DNA of 64,000 nt from a plasmid, in the sequence record NZ_CP082905.1; one strand, 5' to 3'. Below, in pieces: positions 31,589-40,463 of the stretch (position 1 is the stretch's first letter; the number at the start of each line of letters is the position of its first letter). A program made the position numbers and the translations under genes. The notes below the pieces were generated by a model. It saw only the letters and a list, made by a program, of their open reading frames with translations. It made no database searches and had not been told where the DNA came from.

Positions 31589-31652
31589 GTGAAACGGCGC
31601 ACGCTGCCGGCTATAATTGCTGTCGCGATTCATTCACTAAAAGGAACAAATC

Positions 31653-31964
31653 TTGAAAACGGGATTAATTTCACTGAGCTTGCTGGCCGCCGTACTGCTT
31701 ACCGGCTGCGATGCAGGCGCGCAGAGCCTTGAATGGTATAAGGCGCATGATAAGGAGCGAAACGCAAAAGTTGAAGAGTGTAAGAAAGCCTCGAATCCGC
31801 GTGGCACCGAAGACTGCCGTAACGCGATTGATGCTTCTGTTCGTGCTGGGGGCAATATTACACATAGCAAACCTAAAGAGTGGACTCTCGATGGTTCTAA
31901 GGGTTATCTGGGGATAAGCCGCCGCGAGGCGGTTTTTTTACGCTCTTCTCCGGGCATTCGGTAA
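31653..31964 (+). CDS. Putative lipoprotein (103 aa)
   Basis: Signal peptide with lipobox LLTGC; the 3' end reads through repeat copy F and stops at the TAA inside CGGTAAAAC. Confidence 0.55.
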   Translation: MKTGLISLSLLAAVLLTGCDAGAQSLEWYKAHDKERNAKVEECKKASNPRGTEDCRNAIDASVRAGGNITHSKPKEWTLDGSKGYLGISRREAVFLRSSPGIR

Positions 31965-31986
31965 AACGCCTATAAAACCGAATTTG
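31916..31986. repeat. Repeat copy F: terminator AAGCCGCCGCGAGGCGG plus T7, then CATTCGGTAAAACGCCTATAAAACCGAATTT
   Basis: Seen in sequence. Confidence 0.8.
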
Positions 31987-32351
31987 CCATGTAAACAAAA
32001 AATCCGCCCCAGTGGGACGGCCTAAAACGGTAAGCTGTTTTATGTCCCCAGGGGGACTTCATCTCCGATTAAAGAAAATTTTCGATTAGGGACAGTATAA
32101 CTGTCACCAGATTAATCACTGCCGTAATAAGCTCGATCATAACCCGCATCCTCATGCTGATGCGTGGCGTTTACCTACCTCCCGCCGTATATTCGCCCAG
32201 AAGGTTTCGGAACTCCGCTTTCGCTAAGAATGAAGTTAACCACACATATATTGCCCCCGGCCCAGGGATGCGACCCCCTTCGTCTGGGACTCCTTCCTTA
32301 CAGCTCGTTCCCTCTGTTACCAAAAAATCAGTTCTAACTTAGGAGATTAAA

Positions 32352-32435
32352 ATGACTGATTACCGCAGTGTTGCGCGGTTTTTTACTGAAGCACTATATG
32401 GATTCATCTTAGCGATGCGGAAGTATAAAGCGTAA
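32352..32435 (+). CDS. Candidate 27-aa small protein MTDYRSVARFFTEALYGFILAMRKYKA
   Basis: Strong SD AGGAGA 7 nt before the ATG; amphipathic/hydrophobic core; not in the ORF track because under 60 aa. Confidence 0.3.
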   Translation: MTDYRSVARFFTEALYGFILAMRKYKA

Positions 32436-32584
32436 GCACGACTTATCAAAGCGGGATTTGATAAGGTAGGTCATATGACGTACACTGAAAGAGCTAAGAA
32501 TGAAGTTAACCACACCGTTATGCCAGCCTGCGAAACTGACGTAACGGTAAGAAACCCTGCCCTAGAGCGGGGTTTCTGCCATCT

Positions 32585-32652
32585 GACCGCCGCCAGGCGG
32601 TTTTTTTACGCCCTTTTCCCGCCGTTCGGTAATACCTCAATCCTGCCGGATG
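32585..32652. repeat. Repeat copy G: terminator GACCGCCGCCAGGCGG plus T7, then degenerate CCGTTCGGTAATACC-N-CCGGATGG
   Basis: Seen in sequence. Confidence 0.7.
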
Positions 32653-32779
32653 GTTCCCGCTGCGGCCTGTTGGTTCTGTTTTTCAAGGCTATTGTCGGGG
32701 CTACATTTAGTAATTTGAAAAACTCCACAAACTGATATGATTATCTTCATCTACCTAAGGCCAACACACAGAGCAAAAC

Positions 32780-33817
32780 GTGTCCATGCATAAATCAAAA
32801 GAACAAGTTGCAGAAATATTGAGCGATTATTTTACTCTTTGTATTGCAATTGTGACTGAAGATTCTTCAGATTATCAAAAGCACGTTCTAACCTATCAAT
32901 TTTCCCGGCAACAAGTCTTGGGGCTGGATAACGAGTTAATGCTCCCTAATTGGATTTTAGCCGCTGCAAGTATTCCTCTTTTAAAGTCTCATGTTGACTT
33001 ACATGTTCAGGGGGGGGCGGGAAGTTGGGCCAGGAGACGAACTTATCTCCACTCAGTAATGGACACCATTCTGCAAACCTATAGAAATCCTGTAGCATCT
33101 AACTTTTCGCAGGCAATGGCTGATGCTTTTAAAGCAGCTAAGTCTGCCCCACCTTCTTATCAAGACGCGGGATCATCTAACTTTTCGCAAGCAATGGCTG
33201 ATGCTTTTAAAGCAGCTAAGTCTGATTCACCTTCTTATCAAGACGCGGGATCATTGCTTTTATCACAGCATGCTGAAAATTCACATAAATCCTCTTATGA
33301 ACACCAGGGTAATGTCTCTTATCCATCTAAGCAACCGACAAGTGACAACATTCGTCAGGAAGAGTTAAAGCTGGGTATGTCTAATGCCGGAAGCCCAGAC
33401 GTGGAAAGTAAAAAGAAGGTGTTTATAGTTCATGGCCATGATGAGCTGTTAAAAAATGAAGTATATGTTTTTCTGAGTCAGGAAGGCTATGAACCCATAA
33501 TACTCCATCTTCAGGCAAATAAGGGATCAACCATCATTGAAAAGCTTGAAGAGAATATTGCAGACGTTTCGTTCGCCGTGATTTTATATACAGCATGTGA
33601 TCAAGGTAAATCTTTTAAAGAGGCTGATTTGAAATCCCGTGCGCGTCAGAACGTTGTTTTTGAGCATGGGTATTTAATCTGTAAGCTTGGCAGAGAACGC
33701 GTGGCTGCCCTTAAAAGTGACGGTGTTGAAATACCTGGTGATCTCTCCGGGCTAATAACTATCCCAACGAGTAACTGGCAGTATGAACTCCTGAAAGAAC
33801 TGAAAGCAGCCAATTGA
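32780..33817 (+). CDS. Two-domain protein: N-terminal unknown region with 2x26-aa tandem repeat, C-terminal TIR-like nucleotide-binding domain (PF10137-like)
   Basis: C-terminus KKVFIVHGHDELLKNEVYVFLSQEGYEPIILHLQ..GSTIIEKLEENIADVSFAVILYTACDQG...RARQNVVFEHGYLICKLGRERVAAL matches my memory of the TIR-like/COG4271 pattern. Confidence 0.6.
   Translation: MSMHKSKEQVAEILSDYFTLCIAIVTEDSSDYQKHVLTYQFSRQQVLGLDNELMLPNWILAAASIPLLKSHVDLHVQGGAGSWARRRTYLHSVMDTILQTYRNPVASNFSQAMADAFKAAKSAPPSYQDAGSSNFSQAMADAFKAAKSDSPSYQDAGSLLLSQHAENSHKSSYEHQGNVSYPSKQPTSDNIRQEELKLGMSNAGSPDVESKKKVFIVHGHDELLKNEVYVFLSQEGYEPIILHLQANKGSTIIEKLEENIADVSFAVILYTACDQGKSFKEADLKSRARQNVVFEHGYLICKLGRERVAALKSDGVEIPGDLSGLITIPTSNWQYELLKELKAAN
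33097..33252. repeat. 78-bp perfect-frame tandem duplication (2 copies) encoding SNFSQAMADAFKAAKS.PPSYQDAGS
   Basis: Near-identical 78-bp units starting at 33097 and 33175. Confidence 0.85.
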
Positions 33818-33830
33818 AACAACAACCGGT

Positions 33831-33899
33831 AACCGCCGCCAGGCGGTTTTTTTACGCCCTTCTCCGGGCATTCGGTAAAACCCTTATATTACCGAATCG
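33831..33899. repeat. Repeat copy H: terminator AACCGCCGCCAGGCGG plus T7, then CATTCGGTAAAACCCTTATATTACCGAATCG
   Basis: Seen in sequence. Confidence 0.8.
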
Positions 33900-34009
33900 C
33901 CCCGCTGCGGCGCTGAATACTATATGTTGTGCTTTTCCCAGCTGGCAGACATACGAGATATAGTGGTCTGACGGTCATCGCCGGGGCAGGCCGCGCCGGT
34001 TTTCCCGCT

Positions 34010-34054
34010 GCGCCGTTCGGTAAAACTCCGGCAGCGGAGGCTTTAACCGAATGC
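34010..34054. repeat. Repeat copy I (degenerate, longer loop): CGCCGTTCGGTAAAACTCC...CTTTAACCGAATGCG
   Basis: Seen in sequence. Confidence 0.55.
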
Positions 34055-34190
34055 GATTTACCGCCAGCGGAGTTTTTCTTCTTGTCTTTTTTCAGAATCA
34101 TGTCGAGAAGCACTAATCCTATTAGGATTATCAGGTGAGCCCTTATGACATGTACTAATACGGTCGGTTTCGTACATGTAGAATATAGCC

Positions 34191-34221
34191 TGTCCGAAAG
34201 TTAGTGTTTTTAATTTCGGAC
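34191..34221. promoter_or_regulatory. res/rfs-like resolution site core: perfect inverted repeat TGTCCGAAA-N13-TTTCGGACA upstream of the resolvase gene
   Basis: Seen in sequence; flanked by additional GTAC-containing subsites. Confidence 0.55.
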
Positions 34222-34265
34222 ATGCGCTATAATAAGTACACCTATTTCGTACACAAAATAACTAC

Positions 34266-34862
34266 ATGTCACGAGTCTTTGCCTACTGCAGGGTATCGAC
34301 CCTCGAACAGAACACTGAAAACCAGCGTCGTGAAATCGAAGCGGCCGGCTTTGCCATCAGACCCCAGCGACTGATTGAAGAGTACATAAGTGGTTCAGTC
34401 GCGGCTGCTGAACGCCCTGGATTTATGCGTCTCCTTGATCGAATGGAAAACGGGGACGTTTTAATCGTAACGAAGCTGGATCGCCTCGGGCGAAACGCCA
34501 TGGATATCAGAAAAACCGTTGAGCTACTTTCTGCGTCAGAAATACGGGTACACTGCCTGGCGCTGGGAGGGGTAGACCTCACCAGTCCGGCCGGAAAGAT
34601 GACAATGCAGGTAATCTCGGCGGTTGCTGAATTTGAGCGCGATCTGCTACTTGAACGTACACATGCTGGTATTGCGCGGGCTAAGGCATCCGGAAAGCGT
34701 TTCGGCCGCCCGCCGGCTCTGGATGACGAACAAAAGAAAGCGGTGTTCTTGCGTCTTAGTGAAGGGAAGAGTATCAGCGCGATCGCCCGCGAATTTGACA
34801 CCACACGGCAGACCATTTTAAGAGTGAAAGCGATAATGGAAGACGCTGATGCTCGTTCATGA
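34266..34862 (+). CDS. resD: Serine recombinase/resolvase, F-plasmid ResD-like
   Basis: [25 protein letters not shown] (catalytic Ser10) ... C-terminal HTH; strong resemblance to F ResD. Confidence 0.9.
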   Translation: MSRVFAYCRVSTLEQNTENQRREIEAAGFAIRPQRLIEEYISGSVAAAERPGFMRLLDRMENGDVLIVTKLDRLGRNAMDIRKTVELLSASEIRVHCLALGGVDLTSPAGKMTMQVISAVAEFERDLLLERTHAGIARAKASGKRFGRPPALDDEQKKAVFLRLSEGKSISAIAREFDTTRQTILRVKAIMEDADARS

Positions 34863-34954
34863 GTTGCTTTTCTGCGTATGTCCGCTTTGTGCCATAAGCG
34901 GACGTTATTCCGATAACAAAGAGCGGAACAACGAAGAATATAAATAGCTAAACT

Positions 34955-35839
34955 TCAGATTTTCAGTATATCAATGACGACTCTCAGTGCCGGCGACACA
35001 TTGCGGTGAGGATAATACAGGAATGAACCTTCCAGGCGCTGGCTGTAACGTGGCAACGCCCTGATAAGATTGCCTTGCTCTAAATCATCAGCGACCAGTT
35101 CCTCCGGGACATAAGCCAGCCCCAGCCCCAGTCTGGCTGCTTTTGCTTCCATGTAGCTGTCAGAAAAGGCCCACTGTCCTTGTGGTCGGTGCGTTATTTT
35201 TTTACCGTCCTGAAGGAGTTCCCACTGATAAAGGCTACCATCGGCAAACTGGTAGGCTATACAAGGATGAATCACTAAATCAGCCGGTGTTTGTGGAAAG
35301 CCATAGCGACGAAAATGCTCGGGCGTAGCTACAACAACCATCTCCATGTCAGGTGTAATACGCACCGCGACCATGCCCTGTCCTACCTCCGGCCCCAGCC
35401 GCACGCCGGCATCAAACCGCTCAGCGATAATATCGACGAACCGGCTTTCACTGATGAGTTCAAGCCTGATATCGGGGTAACGGTGCTTAAATAGCGCCAG
35501 CTTCGGTAAAAGAACTTTATCAATAGCATGCTGGCTGGCATTGATGCGTACCGTACCGGACGGGGTATTCCGGTAATACGCCAGCGTGGCAAGACCCGTA
35601 TCTAAAGCATCAAATCCGGATTCTGTTGTCTGATACAGTTGCTCACCTGCCTGTGTTAACGACAGCCTGCGCGTAGTGCGAACCAGAAGCTGTATACCCA
35701 GCCTTTCTTCAAGTTCACGGACAGAACGACTAACGCCTGATTGTGCAAGTCCAAGACGATGTGCCGCTGCAGTGAAACTGCCCTCCCGCACCACCTGCAT
35801 AAACAAGTAGAGCTCATTATAGTTTTCCCGTTTTGCCAT
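34955..35839 (-). CDS. LysR-family transcriptional regulator
   Basis: HTH LYLFMQVVREGSFTAAAHRLGLAQSGVSRSVRELEERLG; divergent from the hydrolase gene. Confidence 0.85.
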   Translation of the reverse strand: MAKRENYNELYLFMQVVREGSFTAAAHRLGLAQSGVSRSVRELEERLGIQLLVRTTRRLSLTQAGEQLYQTTESGFDALDTGLATLAYYRNTPSGTVRINASQHAIDKVLLPKLALFKHRYPDIRLELISESRFVDIIAERFDAGVRLGPEVGQGMVAVRITPDMEMVVVATPEHFRRYGFPQTPADLVIHPCIAYQFADGSLYQWELLQDGKKITHRPQGQWAFSDSYMEAKAARLGLGLAYVPEELVADDLEQGNLIRALPRYSQRLEGSFLYYPHRNVSPALRVVIDILKI

Positions 35840-36038
35840 TTGCGCGTCCTCAGAATATCTGGCCGCAAATGATGTCTGCTGCGGCCCTTCATTTATAACA
35901 ATATGCTATTAATCCTAGCAATTTTTACCCTCTAATCAGCACTATTTCTGCTACCTATAATGAGCGCATTGCATCAAAGCACAGCAGTACTCTCCGTATG
36001 AAACCGGTACCTCACTTTTCTTTTTCAGGGGAATTTAA

Positions 36039-37175
36039 ATGAATGTTTTCACCAGAAAGCTGACAGCCGCGCTACCCGCTACGCTGCTATGCGTATCATT
36101 AAGTGGAGTTACGACAATGAGTTATGCTGACACATCTAATCCGAACTCGCCTGTTTCAATGGTAGAAAAATGGGATAAAACCTTTGCAGAGAGCGATAAG
36201 GTTGATCATCGCAAGGTGGCATTCCAGAACCGTTACGGGATCATATTAGTAGGGGATCTTTACATCCCCAAAAACCGGGGCGAACGTAAACTGGCTGCGA
36301 TTGCATTAAGTGGTCCTTTCGGTGCGGTCAAAGAGCAATCAAGCGGCCTGTATGCACAGACCCTGGCCGAACAGGGATTTGTTGCGCTGGCATTCGATCC
36401 TTCTTACACGGGTGAAAGTGGTGGCTATCCGCGTAATGTCGCCTCTCCGGATATCAACACTGAGGACTTTAGCGCGGCGGTTGATTTCCTTGGATTACAA
36501 AAAGAGGTGGATCGCCATCGTATTGGATTACTCGGTATTTGCGGCTGGGGAGGCATGGCACTCAATGCGGCGGCGATGGATACACGCGTAAAAGCAGTTG
36601 CAACCAGCGTGATGTACGACATGAGCCGGGCGATGGGACATGGCGTTGGTGATGGCAAAGACCGTTATTCAACAGCCGATCGCCGTGCCGTATTACAGTA
36701 CCTGAACGAGCAGCGCTGGAAAGATGCTGAAAGCGGAACTATCGCCCGCGGTAGTCACGATATTAATGTGGATAAGAATGGCAGCGTAAGCGCTTCTGAG
36801 CGAATTCTGCCGGAAACATTACCCGCGAATCCACACCCGGTACTGAAAGAGTTTTTTGATTATTACAGAATGCCACGCGGCTTCCATGGGCGTTCTGTTA
36901 ACTCTAATGGCGCATGGAATGCAACGATGCCCTTGTCGTTTATGAATATGCCGCTGCTTAGCTACGCAAATGAAATCACTATTCCTGTGTTGATTGTTAC
37001 AGGTGAAAAAGCGCACTCGCGCTATTTTGCAGAAGATGCCTACAAAGCGGTTGGCAGCACTGAAAAAGAGCTTGTGATCGTCCCCGGCGCAAACCACGTG
37101 GACTTATACGACAACGCTGCAGGTAAGATCCCTTTTGCCAGGTTTGAACAGTTTTTCAAAACCAGCTTAAGGTAA
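36039..37175 (+). CDS. Secreted alpha/beta-hydrolase (dienelactone-hydrolase-like)
   Basis: Signal peptide; nucleophile elbow GICGWGG; 378 aa. Confidence 0.7.
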   Translation: MNVFTRKLTAALPATLLCVSLSGVTTMSYADTSNPNSPVSMVEKWDKTFAESDKVDHRKVAFQNRYGIILVGDLYIPKNRGERKLAAIALSGPFGAVKEQSSGLYAQTLAEQGFVALAFDPSYTGESGGYPRNVASPDINTEDFSAAVDFLGLQKEVDRHRIGLLGICGWGGMALNAAAMDTRVKAVATSVMYDMSRAMGHGVGDGKDRYSTADRRAVLQYLNEQRWKDAESGTIARGSHDINVDKNGSVSASERILPETLPANPHPVLKEFFDYYRMPRGFHGRSVNSNGAWNATMPLSFMNMPLLSYANEITIPVLIVTGEKAHSRYFAEDAYKAVGSTEKELVIVPGANHVDLYDNAAGKIPFARFEQFFKTSLR

Positions 37176-37531
37176 AAACGCAGCTCAGAATCGTTTAAAA
37201 GCCACCTGTAATACTCAGGTGGCTTTGACTCTGGATCTATCCCGACATGATGTTACATAGAATCCTTATAATATCGCACTTCATTCTCACCCACTCTCAT
37301 CGTTATTACATGAATAGCGTTTATTTCGTTTATGCCTGAAGAAGATCGGGCGCTATTCACAGGTCCTGATAATATTCATAATGCGTCATTAAACATCACA
37401 ATAGATACAGGGGCGAGCCTGGCAGCAGAAGATAAATATTATGACAGGATACGCAATGGTATCCCGTCGATATTTCTACATTGTTCCGGTTTAATTGTTC
37501 CGATTTAACTTTTATAACCGATCAGCGTCAG

Positions 37532-38665
37532 TTAAGGCTTAAGGATAACCTTCGTCCATCCCTCATCGCGATCGTCAAAGTGCTTATATCCCTCAGGCGC
37601 CTCAGCAAGTGAAAGACGGTGTGAGATTATGCCGCCCGGGCTGGCTTTACCCTGATGGATCAGACGGGCCAGCTGACGATTATAGGCTTTGGCGTTCGCC
37701 TGGCCGGTGCGGATTGACTGTCCTTTAAGCCAAAAACTGCCGAAATCAAACGGCATCTTACCTTCTTTGGCAAGGTCTGATGCAGCTCCCGGATCCTGCG
37801 GGATAAACACGCCAACCACACCAATTCCCCCGGTTGCTTTGGTTGATGCAACGAGGCTGTTCATAGTGACCGAATTATCTTCATGGCCATGTTTGTTACA
37901 GCACTGATAGCCCACGCATTCACAGCCACAGTCAGTGCCGCGTCCGTCAGTTAAGTCGAGAATTCGTTGCACGGCTTCATCGCCGGTCGCATTGATGCCC
38001 GTCGCCCCCATTTTCTCTGCCAGCGCTAAACGGTCCTGGTGTGTATCCACTACAAATACCTGTGAAGCGCCTTTTATCATGGCTGAGTGTGCGGCCATCA
38101 GACCCACCGGCCCCGCGCCGTAAATGGCTACGCTTTCGCCAGGCTTTAATCCGGCGAGTTCTGTCGCATGCCAGCCGGTAGGGAAAATGTCAGAGAGCAT
38201 CACATAATCATCTTCTTTTTCTACTGCGTCAGGCGGAAGCACCAGGCAGTTAAAGTCTGCAAAGGGGACCCGAAGCAGTTCCGCCTGACCACCCTCCCAG
38301 GAGCCCATTTCAGCAAAACCATAGGCCGCGCCCACAGCACCGGGATTGGTGGTGAGGCAAAAACCGGTCAGACCTTTTTCACAATTCTCGCAAAAACCGC
38401 ATCCGACATTAAATGGCAGACAGACATAGTCACCGACCTTAACACGCTCCACTCCTGAGCCAATTTCAACCACCTCACCCAGGTTTTCGTGCCCCAAAAT
38501 ACGTCCCTGCTCAAAGCTGGTCCGACCCTCGTACATGTGCAAATCCGATCCACAAATATTGGTGGTGGTAATGCGGACAAGCACATCGGTGGGGCGAACA
38601 ATTTTTGCATCCGGCACGTCTTTAACTTTTACATCATAGGGACCGTTGTAAATAACTGCTTTCAT
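37532..38665 (-). CDS. Zn-dependent alcohol dehydrogenase family, glutathione-independent formaldehyde dehydrogenase-like
   Basis: MKAVIYNGPYDVKVKDVPD...CGSDLHMYEG...GHE..G; Rossmann GAGPVG; RBS AGGAGA; 377 aa. Confidence 0.8.
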   Translation of the reverse strand: MKAVIYNGPYDVKVKDVPDAKIVRPTDVLVRITTTNICGSDLHMYEGRTSFEQGRILGHENLGEVVEIGSGVERVKVGDYVCLPFNVGCGFCENCEKGLTGFCLTTNPGAVGAAYGFAEMGSWEGGQAELLRVPFADFNCLVLPPDAVEKEDDYVMLSDIFPTGWHATELAGLKPGESVAIYGAGPVGLMAAHSAMIKGASQVFVVDTHQDRLALAEKMGATGINATGDEAVQRILDLTDGRGTDCGCECVGYQCCNKHGHEDNSVTMNSLVASTKATGGIGVVGVFIPQDPGAASDLAKEGKMPFDFGSFWLKGQSIRTGQANAKAYNRQLARLIHQGKASPGGIISHRLSLAEAPEGYKHFDDRDEGWTKVILKP

Positions 38666-38694
38666 GATCTTCTCCTGCTTGCGGCCGGAAAGGT

Positions 38695-39006
38695 GTGGCT
38701 GCCCTACCGGGTAAGTGTCAACTAAGTTTAGCTGCCATGATTGATAACGCAATCGACAGCAAGGCAATCGGGAGGTTTCTTATCGGATACGTTGAGGAAT
38801 GCTGGCCGGGGATGACGGTCAAAGACAGCCGGGAAAAGGTCAGGATCATGCCGCATCAAGCCGAGCGGCAGCAGCCGGTAGCGTTGCGGGAATATTTGCG
38901 TAAAACAGTTATCAATTATCGGCAGCAATCTCAGACGCAGCCTGAAGGTAAAGACCCGATTTATCAGAAAGATGATTTACCTTACACCCGGCCAGTTTTT
39001 GCCTGA
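38695..39006 (+). CDS. Hypothetical protein (103 aa); C-terminal half is paralogous to 45130..45387
   Basis: Shared ...QP..LREY.R.....YR...Q.P.G.D..YQK.. with the 85-aa ORF; ends about 95 bp before the IS3 left IR. Confidence 0.3.
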   Translation: MAALPGKCQLSLAAMIDNAIDSKAIGRFLIGYVEECWPGMTVKDSREKVRIMPHQAERQQPVALREYLRKTVINYRQQSQTQPEGKDPIYQKDDLPYTRPVFA

Positions 39007-39143
39007 TTCACTGCCAGAACCTTCTCAGAGAGGCACTTCCCGTTAGATACAGAGGTCGCTAAAACCCTGGCCTCGCTGAGCCTGGCACCCTGGATATGGG
39101 TTGAACCGCTCCGGTTTTCCTGGAGAGTATTTTGCCTGAGTGA

Positions 39144-40031
39144 TCAGGCTGCCACATCCCGGTCATTCAGCGAAGCGTAATAGGCTTTTTCTGCCTCCAC
39201 TGGCGGGATATATCCGGTCCGTTCCATCAATCGGTGATTATTGTACCAGTCCACCCATTTCAGCGTAGCCAGCTCAACATCCTGTCGGGTTTTCCAGCTT
39301 TGCCTGTGGATCACCTCCGCTTTGTACAACCCGTTGATACTTTCTGCCATCGCATTGTCATATGAGTCGCCCGTGCTGCCTGTTGAAGCCAGCAGCTCCG
39401 CGTCCTGCAGCCGTTGCGTGTACGCCAGTGACACATATTGCGAACCTTTGTCGCTGTGATGGATGGTACCGCTCGGGCGTCTGGCCCACAGCGCCTGCTC
39501 CAGTGCATCCAGCACGAACGACGTTTCCATCGTGGATGAGACCCGCCAGCTCACGATAACACCGGCGAACACATCAATGATGAAGGCCACATATGCGAAC
39601 CCCTGCCAGGTGCTGACGTAGGTAAAATCGGCCACCCAAAGACTATCGGGCCGTTCAGCCACGAACTGCCGGTTCACCCGATCCTGCGGTGTTTCGGCTT
39701 TGTTGCTGCGGGTGGTTCTGACACTTTTGCCGCGTGTCACCCCACGTAGCTGCAGGGCTTTCATCAGGCGCTCAATGGTGCAGCGGGCAACGCCGACACC
39801 TTCACGTTTTAGCTGTCGCCAGACCTTACGCACACCGTAAACGCTGTAGTTTTCTTCGTATACGCGCTGTATCTCAGGTATCAGCACGGCATCGCGTTTA
39901 TCCCGACTACTGCGTCGTTCAGGACACTTCCGGCGTTGCTGATGCCAGTAGTACGTTGACGGAGCAATATCCAGCTCATGACAGACTGGCCCGACCCCGT
40001 GTTCACCGCTCAGATTTTCCAGAAGCGGCAT
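39144..40031 (-). CDS. IS3-family transposase OrfB (integrase core, DDE)
   Basis: rve-like ...HSDKGSQYVS...; follows orfA in the -1 frame with overlap, typical programmed frameshift layout. Confidence 0.85.
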   Translation of the reverse strand: MPLLENLSGEHGVGPVCHELDIAPSTYYWHQQRRKCPERRSSRDKRDAVLIPEIQRVYEENYSVYGVRKVWRQLKREGVGVARCTIERLMKALQLRGVTRGKSVRTTRSNKAETPQDRVNRQFVAERPDSLWVADFTYVSTWQGFAYVAFIIDVFAGVIVSWRVSSTMETSFVLDALEQALWARRPSGTIHHSDKGSQYVSLAYTQRLQDAELLASTGSTGDSYDNAMAESINGLYKAEVIHRQSWKTRQDVELATLKWVDWYNNHRLMERTGYIPPVEAEKAYYASLNDRDVAA

Positions 40032-40372
40032 TATTTTTTCCAGTGGCGGTCGAGCTCCGCCTGGGCAAAATACGCTGAAGCCTGACGCAGAATATCATTG
40101 CTGCGGCGCAGCTCGCGGACTTCCCGCTCCAGTTCTTTCAGACGCTGGCGTTCGCTGGCAGTCAGCGCATTCTGCTCATCATCAACGGGCTCCTGCTGAC
40201 GGATCCAGATACGCAATGTCTCGGGAGTGCAGCCGATCTTAGGGGCAATGGAGCAGATAGCGGCCCATTGTGAGTTGTAGGTATTCTGGTTTTCCAGAAC
40301 CATACGAATAGCGCGTTGACGAACTTCAGGGGGAAATCGGTTATGTTTTGTCATCCTGGTTACCTCTCTCAA
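40031..40372 (-). CDS. IS3-family transposase OrfA (HTH plus leucine zipper)
   Basis: MTKHNRFPPEVRQRAIRMVLE...LKELEREVRELRRSNDILRQASAYFA. Confidence 0.85.
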   Translation of the reverse strand: MREVTRMTKHNRFPPEVRQRAIRMVLENQNTYNSQWAAICSIAPKIGCTPETLRIWIRQQEPVDDEQNALTASERQRLKELEREVRELRRSNDILRQASAYFAQAELDRHWKK

Positions 40373-40463
40373 AGAGTGTAGTCTCCAGGATTACCGGGGC
40401 GGTTCAGTCTCATGGTTATTTCCCCTGACAGGGAGTCAGGGGAAGTATCTTTATAGCCGGACG

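Larger units (their letters stand above)
39102..40406 (-). mobile_element. IS3-family insertion sequence (1305 bp) with 27-bp imperfect terminal IRs
   Basis: IRL TGAACCGCTCCGGTTTTCCTGGAGAGT at 39102; IRR (revcomp) TGAACCGCCCCGGTAATCCTGGAGACT ending 40406; TG...CA ends; no matching flanking direct repeat. Confidence 0.85.

Noticed and set aside
33097-33252. 78-bp tandem repeat as a CRISPR or minisatellite
   Set aside because: Only two copies, in-frame inside a coding sequence. It is a coding duplication.
29100-34060. Interpreting the repeat units as integron attC sites or a CRISPR array
   Set aside because: - There is no GTTRRRY/RYYYAAC core and no adjacent intI.
- The units vary in spacing (300 to 1200 bp) with genes between them, so it is not a CRISPR repeat-spacer structure.
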